This document shows, piece by piece, positions 57,714 through 64,000 of a stretch of DNA of 64,000 nt; positions within the stretch are counted from its first letter, which is position 1; every line of letters begins with the position of its first letter. The DNA lies in contig CACNIC010000002.1 of the NCBI GenBank assembly GCA_902620405.1, positions 68,084-132,083 of the forward strand, written 5' to 3'. A program made the translations under genes and the position numbers. A model generated the notes under the pieces. The model did no database searches, was not told the DNA's origin, and saw nothing but the letters and a program-made list of their open reading frames with translations. The DNA is from an uncultured SAR202 cluster bacterium. Lineage in GTDB: Bacteria; Chloroflexota; Dehalococcoidia; Lucifugimonadales; Lucifugimonadaceae.

Positions 57714-58340
57714 TTAATTTAAATTTTCAAAAAACTTCTTAAGGTTGAAATTTTTTTTTGATGAAGGTCTCCCAGGGCAGATGTTATAAATATCAATATT
57801 TTTTTCATTTGCAAATTTATTACATATAAAAATAAGATTATTATAAGCGTCGAATTTATTGAGATTACTTAGTTCATTTATTATAGTTTTATTAATTATA
57901 TTTGAATCCATGCTTAAAATATTTCCGTAAAAAAAATCTAAATTATTATTGAAAATAACATTTCTAATTTTTTTGTTAAGTGAATTTTTAACCATAATCT
58001 TTTCAATGTATGGGTTATTACCCCATTCTAATGGTAGATCATTCAAGGACGAAACTTCTCTTGGAATAATTAAATGATTTTCTAGCACCTCTTTATTTAT
58101 TGCGTCAACATAATCAAAAAATATTATAGAATTTAAATCAAAATTTAATTTGGCCCATTTTAAAGCAACCATCATTTCGATTTTGGACCCATTGCTCTTA
58201 AAAATAATTACATCATCTTTTAGCGTCACCGAAGTGGCCTTCATAAAATTCATTTCGCCAATCGATTGTAATTTTTCAATATTTTTTACATTTACATGTT
58301 TTTTTAAATTTATTTCACTTGTATGAATTAAAAGAATCAT
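57714..58340 (-). CDS. hypothetical protein, possibly a degenerate PNP/MTAN-fold (HpnG-like) protein
   Basis: Weak by-eye resemblance of FKSNGSKIEMMVALKWAKLNFDLNSIIFFDYVDAIN to the nucleoside phosphorylase G-x-G-K...AG core. Embedded between the prenyl synthase and hpnC-like genes. Confidence 0.3.
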   Translation of the reverse strand: MILLIHTSEINLKKHVNVKNIEKLQSIGEMNFMKATSVTLKDDVIIFKSNGSKIEMMVALKWAKLNFDLNSIIFFDYVDAINKEVLENHLIIPREVSSLNDLPLEWGNNPYIEKIMVKNSLNKKIRNVIFNNNLDFFYGNILSMDSNIINKTIINELSNLNKFDAYNNLIFICNKFANEKNIDIYNICPGRPSSKKNFNLKKFFENLN

Positions 58341-59384
58341 TTAGTTTTCTCTTGAAATAAGAAATTCAGATATTTCATTAAAAATCTTTTTTTGATCTGT
58401 TTCTATGGGTAATTTTTCAATAGTTTTTTCAATATTATATTGATAATTTTTTGAAATTTGTTCACATTTATCCTTAATATTTAATTCATCCATTATGTTC
58501 ATAACATCAAAAACATCATTATCCTCAAGTTCTTGTTTCGACATTATTTTATTAATATTATCAGTTGCAAATTTATTTTTTGAACTTAATGTCAAGATTA
58601 TTGGCAAACTTTTTTTCTTTCTTTTTATATCTGCCCCAACAGGTTTTCCTGTTTTATCTGTTCCCCATACACCTAATAAATCATCCCTTATTTGAAAAAG
58701 TAGACCAATATCCTTCCCGAAATCTGAAACATGATTATAGAGAATATCATCAACTTTTTTTTTCGAAGCTATAGCGCCTAATTTAACCGAACATTCAATA
58801 AGAGCTCCAGTTTTTAGACTTATCATTTTAAGATATTTTTCTAGAGATATATTTTTTTCTTTTTCAAATGAAATATCGAGAAATTGACCTTCCATCATCT
58901 TCAGATAACTTTCAGTTAAAATTTTTTGAGAAATGAATAAATCTTTTTCCGAGGAACCATTTTCAATCATATTATTTAATACCTTATTTCCTAAAACCAA
59001 TATTGAATTACCGGTTATTATTGCTTTAGGAATTCCCCAAATTGTCCACAATGTTGGTTTATGACGTCTAAATTTATCATTATCTTCAATGTCATCATGT
59101 ATTAAGGAAAAATTATGGACAAGTTCAACTGATATTGAGGGTGGGAGAGCCATATCTAATGTTCCTGAAAATGAAGTGCATACAAGAATACATATCGAAG
59201 GCCTAAATGCCTTTCCTGAATAAATATTATTTAAATTATTTAATTTTAATTTATCCCATCCAAAATAATTTTTGATATATTTTGAAGTTTTGCCATTGTA
59301 TGAAGTTACGTATTCATACAAGTAATTTTCCATCTTATCTGCACGATAAGTTAAAAAATTGGGTTTTTTATTAAATTCATTCAT
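58341..59384 (-). CDS. polyprenyl diphosphate synthase (type-I GGPP/FPP synthase-like)
   Basis: First Asp-rich motif LIHDDIEDNDKFRRHKPT (no 2-aa insertion). Second motif FQIRDDLLG. Confidence 0.85.
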   Translation of the reverse strand: MNEFNKKPNFLTYRADKMENYLYEYVTSYNGKTSKYIKNYFGWDKLKLNNLNNIYSGKAFRPSICILVCTSFSGTLDMALPPSISVELVHNFSLIHDDIEDNDKFRRHKPTLWTIWGIPKAIITGNSILVLGNKVLNNMIENGSSEKDLFISQKILTESYLKMMEGQFLDISFEKEKNISLEKYLKMISLKTGALIECSVKLGAIASKKKVDDILYNHVSDFGKDIGLLFQIRDDLLGVWGTDKTGKPVGADIKRKKKSLPIILTLSSKNKFATDNINKIMSKQELEDNDVFDVMNIMDELNIKDKCEQISKNYQYNIEKTIEKLPIETDQKKIFNEISEFLISREN

Positions 59385-59468
59385 TTTTGTGTTTTATTAC
59401 ATTTAATTCTTAGGAGAATGTAAGTATATTAAAAAGTAAATTTATATAATAGTAAAAATAATTTTATG

Positions 59469-59497
59469 TTGACATGAGTTATATCAACTTATAATAT
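59469..59497 (+). promoter_or_regulatory. candidate promoter of clpC
   Basis: TTGACA (59469-59474), then TATAAT at 59490-59495 (15-nt spacer) or TAATAT at 59492-59497 (17-nt spacer), ~75 nt before the ATG. Confidence 0.3.
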
Positions 59498-59571
59498 ATG
59501 TTATGATATAATAATATGTATACATGTTATATAAATAATTATGATCAAATTAATAAAAGGTAATAGTTAAT

Positions 59572-62004
59572 ATGGTTCTGCCAAGAAGAGAAGATTATAC
59601 AAACGAAGCATCAGAAGCTTTAGAAAGAGCTCACGCATGGGCATCTGATATGAGAAATGCTCAATTAGATGCTGAACATCTTGCTTTAGGAATGTTATCA
59701 ATAAAAGATGGCATGGCAGCAAAAATTTTTGAATTTTTAGGTGTTGATCTTTCAGAAATGAAAAAAGATCTTGAATTTTCTTTAAAAAGTTTACCAACTC
59801 TTGGTCAAAGACAATCATCTACCAGAATGATTTATATTGAACCAAGGTTAAAAAAAGTATTAGATGAAGCCCAGGACGAAAGGCTTAGATTAAACGATGA
59901 TTTCATTGCTATTGAACACTTGCTGAAAGGGTTGTTATCTCTTGATGATGGTGAAATAGATAGGCTTCTAAAGCTTAATAACATTACCATGGAGAGAATT
60001 TATCATGCTCTTAAAGAAATAAGGGGTAGTCAGAGAGTTAGTGATCAAGGTGCTGAAAAAAAATATCAAGCATTAGAAAAATATAGTGTTGATTTGACTA
60101 AATTAGCAAGGGCAGGGCAACTTGATCCAGTTGTCGGAAGGGACAGTGAAATACAAAGAGTTGTACAAACTCTTACAAGAAGAACTAAGAACAACCCAGT
60201 TATTATAGGTGATGCTGGAGTTGGTAAAACAGCTTTAGTAGAAGGTTTGGCACAGAGAATTGTTATAGATGATGTTCCTGAATCTTTGAAAAACAGAAAA
60301 TTGTTAAAGTTAGAGATGGCATCATTATTAGCTGGTGCGAAATTTAGGGGAGAATTTGAAGAGAGGTTAACTGCAGTAATGGATGAGATTAGGGCTGCAT
60401 CAGGTGAAATAGTTTTATTTATTGATGAAATACATATTGTTGTTGGTGCTGGAGGCGCTGAAGGTGCCATAGATGCATCAAATATGATGAAACCTGCATT
60501 GGCTAGGGGAGAAATGAGACTAATAGGTGCAACAACTCCCGAGGAATACAGAAAATATATTGAATCTGACAAGGCCCTTGAAAGAAGATTTACACCAGTT
60601 AATGTAAATGAACCGGATCAAGATATTGCGGTAGAAATGTTAAAGTTTTTAAGGCCAAGATATGAAAAACATCACAAAATAGTTATAACTGATTCAGCTC
60701 TTGAAGCTTCTGTTAATTTAAGTGCCCGATACATTACAGATAGATTTTTACCGGACAAAGCCATTGATTTAATTGATGAAGCTGCAGCTAAAGTTAGAAT
60801 TGATTCTGAAGCATTACCGGATGATATTAAAGATTATGACAGTAAAATAAAAAGTTTGATTGATAAAGAGGAAGCAGCAAACGGAAGAAATGATTATGAA
60901 GCTGCTACAAATTTTAAATCTGAAAGATTAAATTTGCATGAAGAAATGACAAATAATGTGAATTCAAATAAAAGCAATGACGAATTAATTGTTGACTCAG
61001 AAAGTATAGCTACATTGATATCAGAAAGAACTGATATACCAGTAACAAGACTTGTAGAAAAAGATAAAGAAAGGTTAATCAATCTTGAAGAGAAACTGCA
61101 CGAAAGGCTTGTTGGGCAAGATGATGCTGTTGTTGCACTTTCAAATGCAATTAGGAGGCAAAGATCAGGGGTTAGTGATCCCAAAAGACCTGTAGGAACA
61201 TTTATTTTTCTAGGACCTACCGGAGTTGGTAAAACTGAATTAGCTAGGGCACTTGCTGAAAGTTTATTTGATGATGAAGACAATTTAGTTAGGATAGATA
61301 TGTCCGAATACATGGATAAAGGGTCTGCTACAAGGCTTATTGGAGCACCTCCAGGATACGTTGGTTATGATGATGCTGGCCAACTAACCGAAGCAGTCAG
61401 GAAAAGACCTTTTAGAGTTATATTATTTGATGAAATTGAAAAAGCTCACCCAGATGTTATGAATTTACTTCTACAACTTCTTGATGATGGCAGATTGACT
61501 GATGGTCATGGAAGAACAGTTAATTTTAGAAATAGTGTAATCATAATGACAAGTAATCTTGGTTCATCTCATATTGCTAAAGAATCTATTGGTTTTTCTG
61601 GAACATCATCTCAGAAAAATTCTAGAAATGTTGCCGTAGAAGAAGCATTGGTTAATCACTTTAGGCCTGAATTTTTAAATAGAATTGACGAGACTATAAT
61701 TTTCGATTCTCTGTCCGTCAAAGAGCTGTCAAATATTGCAGAAATTGTTACTAGTAAATTCATCGCTAGGGTGAATGACTTAGGAATCAATATGAAAATA
61801 ACTAAAAATGGAATTAGCTGGTTGGTTGAGAACGGATTTGACAAAGCATATGGAGCAAGACCACTCAAAAGAGTTGTTCAGAGGAGCCTGGAAAACGAAT
61901 TTGCAAAAAAATTATTATCAGGTGAATTTCAAGATGGTGATTCAGTAGTAGTTACTTCAAAAAATAATAAGCTTGTAATAAATAAATCAAATTCAAAAAA
62001 ATAA
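59572..62004 (+). CDS. clpC: ATP-dependent Clp protease ATP-binding subunit ClpC (class I AAA+)
   Basis: Two Clp-N repeats, Walker A GDAGVGKT and GPTGVGKT, a short UVR-like linker EEAANGRNDYEAATNFKSERL, a ClpP-docking IGF loop (ESIGFSG), and 810 aa. Confidence 0.85.
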   Translation: MVLPRREDYTNEASEALERAHAWASDMRNAQLDAEHLALGMLSIKDGMAAKIFEFLGVDLSEMKKDLEFSLKSLPTLGQRQSSTRMIYIEPRLKKVLDEAQDERLRLNDDFIAIEHLLKGLLSLDDGEIDRLLKLNNITMERIYHALKEIRGSQRVSDQGAEKKYQALEKYSVDLTKLARAGQLDPVVGRDSEIQRVVQTLTRRTKNNPVIIGDAGVGKTALVEGLAQRIVIDDVPESLKNRKLLKLEMASLLAGAKFRGEFEERLTAVMDEIRAASGEIVLFIDEIHIVVGAGGAEGAIDASNMMKPALARGEMRLIGATTPEEYRKYIESDKALERRFTPVNVNEPDQDIAVEMLKFLRPRYEKHHKIVITDSALEASVNLSARYITDRFLPDKAIDLIDEAAAKVRIDSEALPDDIKDYDSKIKSLIDKEEAANGRNDYEAATNFKSERLNLHEEMTNNVNSNKSNDELIVDSESIATLISERTDIPVTRLVEKDKERLINLEEKLHERLVGQDDAVVALSNAIRRQRSGVSDPKRPVGTFIFLGPTGVGKTELARALAESLFDDEDNLVRIDMSEYMDKGSATRLIGAPPGYVGYDDAGQLTEAVRKRPFRVILFDEIEKAHPDVMNLLLQLLDDGRLTDGHGRTVNFRNSVIIMTSNLGSSHIAKESIGFSGTSSQKNSRNVAVEEALVNHFRPEFLNRIDETIIFDSLSVKELSNIAEIVTSKFIARVNDLGINMKITKNGISWLVENGFDKAYGARPLKRVVQRSLENEFAKKLLSGEFQDGDSVVVTSKNNKLVINKSNSKK

Positions 62005-62033
62005 ATTAATTTACCCATTTCAGTCTGATATAA

Positions 62034-63212
62034 TTGATTTTCGTGAATCATAATTTATCAAATAATAGTAAAAATTGTGTTATTTTACTCTGTGCTGGAA
62101 AAAGTAAAAGAATGGGTAAATATGATAAAACAACCTCTGAATTCAATAGCAAACCCCTTTTCCTGCATTCACTTGAAAAATTTTTATCAAATGATCATAT
62201 TGATGAAATAGTAATTGTTGCTTCTAAGCAAAATAAAGAAGCAATTAAAGAAAATTTATCAAATTGTCAGCTAAGTAGGGTTACTATTATCGAAGGATCA
62301 AATGAAAGAAAAGGTTCAGTAAGCAATGCAATAAATTATTTTGCATCCTTTAAACCAAAGAATATTATTATTCACGATTCAGCAAGACCATTTTTTAACC
62401 CACAAATTATTAATGAAGGAATTAAACAACTGAAGAAATACAGTTGCGCTTTTCCAGTTACTAAAGTTGTTGACACAGTCAAGAAAATTGATGATAAAAA
62501 AACTTTATCAACAATTGATAGAAGTAATTTATATTTCTCACAAACCCCTCAGTTTTTTAATTTTTATAAATTAAGTGAACTTGTAACAAAGTATATGAAT
62601 AATTTTGATTATACTGATGAAGTTCAGCTATTTGAGAAGGAAAATTTAAAAGTTGGAATTATTGATGGAAATATCTTAAATCATAAAATTACTTATAAGG
62701 ATGATTTAATTGAACTTGATAATCTTAATTATAAATCAAATTTTACTGGAATATCATCAGATGTTCATAAATTAAAAAAAGGTGAAAAGCTCTATCTTGG
62801 AGGTCTTTTAATTCCATCTGAAAAAGGCCTTCTTGGACATAGTGACGGAGATGTTGTTCTTCATGCAATATGTGATGCCATATTAGGGGCATCATCTAAT
62901 GGTGACCTTGGAAAGTATTACCCTTCATCAAATCAAAAATGGAAAAATGCTTCTTCAAAATTATTTTTAAAAAATACGCTGGAACTTATAAAAAAAGATA
63001 ATAAACAAATTAAAAATATTGATATTCAAATAATCATACAAGAACCAAAACTTGCAGAATATCTTGAATCAATTGAAGGAAATATTGGTAAATTATTGAA
63101 CTTAAACAGTGAAAATATTAATGTAAAAGTTACTACAACTGATAAATTGGGATTAATAGGATCTGGTGACGGCATAGGTACTCTGTGTGCAGTAAACTTA
63201 ATCAAGTTATGA
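62034..63212 (+). CDS. ispDF: bifunctional IspD/IspF (MEP cytidylyltransferase / MEcPP synthase)
   Basis: IspD: ILLCAGKSKRMG, IHDSARPF. IspF: DVHKL..., GHSDGDVVLHAICDAILGA. Confidence 0.9.
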   Translation: MIFVNHNLSNNSKNCVILLCAGKSKRMGKYDKTTSEFNSKPLFLHSLEKFLSNDHIDEIVIVASKQNKEAIKENLSNCQLSRVTIIEGSNERKGSVSNAINYFASFKPKNIIIHDSARPFFNPQIINEGIKQLKKYSCAFPVTKVVDTVKKIDDKKTLSTIDRSNLYFSQTPQFFNFYKLSELVTKYMNNFDYTDEVQLFEKENLKVGIIDGNILNHKITYKDDLIELDNLNYKSNFTGISSDVHKLKKGEKLYLGGLLIPSEKGLLGHSDGDVVLHAICDAILGASSNGDLGKYYPSSNQKWKNASSKLFLKNTLELIKKDNKQIKNIDIQIIIQEPKLAEYLESIEGNIGKLLNLNSENINVKVTTTDKLGLIGSGDGIGTLCAVNLIKL

Positions 63213-64000
63213 TTAAAATATACGATTCATATTCAAAAGATTATAAAGAAGTAATCACAAAATCTATAAATATGTATGTTTGTGGAATAACTACTTCTGA
63301 CTATTGCCATTTAGGTCATGCATTTTCTTCAGTTTCATTTGAAATATTAGATAGATTCCTGACATCAAAAGGATTTAATGTAACTAGAATCCAAAATTTT
63401 ACAGACGTAGACGATAAAATTATTGCTAAATCAATAGAAGAAAAAATTAGTGCGGAAGAAGTTTCAGAAAAATATATTGATGCCTTTTTTCAAGACATGG
63501 ATGAATTAGGAGTAAAAAGAGCAAATCATTACCCTAAGGCAACAGATGAAATTTATAACATTATTGAATTCATTAAAAAATTAGAAGAAAAAAATCTGAC
63601 ATATTCGATAAATGGCAGTATTTATTTTAGAGTTAGCAAATTTGCTAAGTATGGAAAACTTAGTTCAAGAGATATAAATAATTCATTATCTGGAACAAGA
63701 GTTAATGAAAATTTAGACAAAGAGTCAGTTGGAGACTTTGCACTTTGGAAGTCTTCAAAACCTGACGAGCCTTATTGGGACTCTCCATGGGGAAAAGGAA
63801 GGCCTGGGTGGCATATAGAATGTAGTTCAATGGTTTTAAATACTATTGGTGACACAGTAGATATTCATGGAGGTGGCATAGATTTGATTTTTCCTCATCA
63901 TGAAAACGAAATTGCTCAAAGTGAAGCACTGAATGGAAAAAAGTTTGCAAATATTTGGATGCACAATGGAATGGTTAAGATTCAGGGTGAGAAAATGAGT
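63209..64000 (+). CDS. cysS: cysteine--tRNA ligase, N-terminal part (runs off the window)
   Basis: My own translation from ATG 63209 (ATGA overlap with ispDF): MIKIYDSY...MYVCGITTSDYCHLGHAF (HIGH), WDSPWGKGRPGWHIECS, DIHGGGIDLIFPHHENE, and GEKMS (start of KMSKS) at the window edge. Confidence 0.85.
   Translation, partial: MIKIYDSYSKDYKEVITKSINMYVCGITTSDYCHLGHAFSSVSFEILDRFLTSKGFNVTRIQNFTDVDDKIIAKSIEEKISAEEVSEKYIDAFFQDMDELGVKRANHYPKATDEIYNIIEFIKKLEEKNLTYSINGSIYFRVSKFAKYGKLSSRDINNSLSGTRVNENLDKESVGDFALWKSSKPDEPYWDSPWGKGRPGWHIECSSMVLNTIGDTVDIHGGGIDLIFPHHENEIAQSEALNGKKFANIWMHNGMVKIQGEKMS

Noticed and set aside
60066-61313. Minus-strand ORFs of 168 and 139 aa antisense to clpC
   Set aside because: These are shadow frames within a highly conserved AAA+ gene. 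The translations are low-complexity Ser/Ala/Ile and show no start context.
59572-62004. Calling the 810-aa Clp ATPase ClpB
   Set aside because: The middle region is short and UVR-like, not a ~120-aa ClpB coiled-coil. An IGF ClpP-docking loop (ESIGFSG) is present, and the length fits ClpC.
1-64000. Search for CRISPR arrays, transposases, integrases, prophage genes, toxin-antitoxin or other defence modules, and rRNA/tRNA genes
   Set aside because: I found no repeat-spacer periodicity, no recognisable recombinase or defence domains in any ORF, and no intergenic region long enough to hold a tRNA apart from the T-box leader. The window looks like core chromosome.

Overview
Visibly AT-rich, extremely gene-dense chromosomal DNA. 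I count about 73 protein genes and one riboswitch-type leader. I see no rRNA or tRNA and no transposase, integrase, phage or CRISPR signal. Most genes abut or overlap by 1-11 nt, including convergent 3' overlaps, which fits a streamlined genome.

Content in order:
- rpsF (3' end)-ssb-rpsR, then hom-thrC.
- A CelD-like GNAT plus an MshA-like glycosyltransferase.
- A T-box leader (apparent CUC/Leu specifier) in front of ilvB-ilvN-ilvC-leuA-leuC-leuD-leuB-JAMM.
- A convergent cimA-like synthase and an inositol monophosphatase.
- htpX plus two unknowns.
- gyrA, with a ~70-aa insertion in its C-terminal domain.
- rplU-rpmA-rpmE-DUF1385.
- hisIE-hisF-hisA-hisH-PduO adenosyltransferase.
- An A-type Fe-S carrier plus a ygfZ-like gene.
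- A ~16-kb minus-strand run: small membrane ORF-actA-actB1-actB2-actF-like-actC-actD-actE (Alternative Complex III), then ccmH-ccmF-CcmI-like-unknown exported protein-tlpA, then a HadAB-like hotdog pair-plsX-fabG-fabL.
- A ~9.3-kb plus-strand 12-gene operon of unknown pathway: small TAT-signal ORF, Gfo/Idh/MocA dehydrogenase, LamB/PxpA, PxpB, PxpC, OadG, biotin carrier, OadB Na+ pump subunit, divergent DapA-family protein, TauE/SafE permease, ThDP enzyme, cupin.
- sodN plus sodX (Ni superoxide dismutase and its protease).
- Polyprenyl synthase-PNP-fold protein-hpnC-like-hpnE-like.
- clpC-ispDF-cysS (5' part).

Markers and synteny (T-box, rpsF-ssb-rpsR, clpC-ispDF-cysS, FabL, MshA-like GT, NiSOD) suggest a marine Terrabacteria-type lineage, either Chloroflexota/Dehalococcoidia-like or Actinomycetota-like. 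That is inference only.

The best candidate for something undescribed is the PxpABC-like genes joined to OadG-BCCP-OadB. The operon has neither a canonical carboxyltransferase alpha subunit nor a biotin carboxylase. It could be a Na+-coupled biotin enzyme that uses KipI/KipA-fold proteins as its carboxyltransferase.

All homology calls come from motif recognition by eye on the supplied translations. No database search or computation was run.
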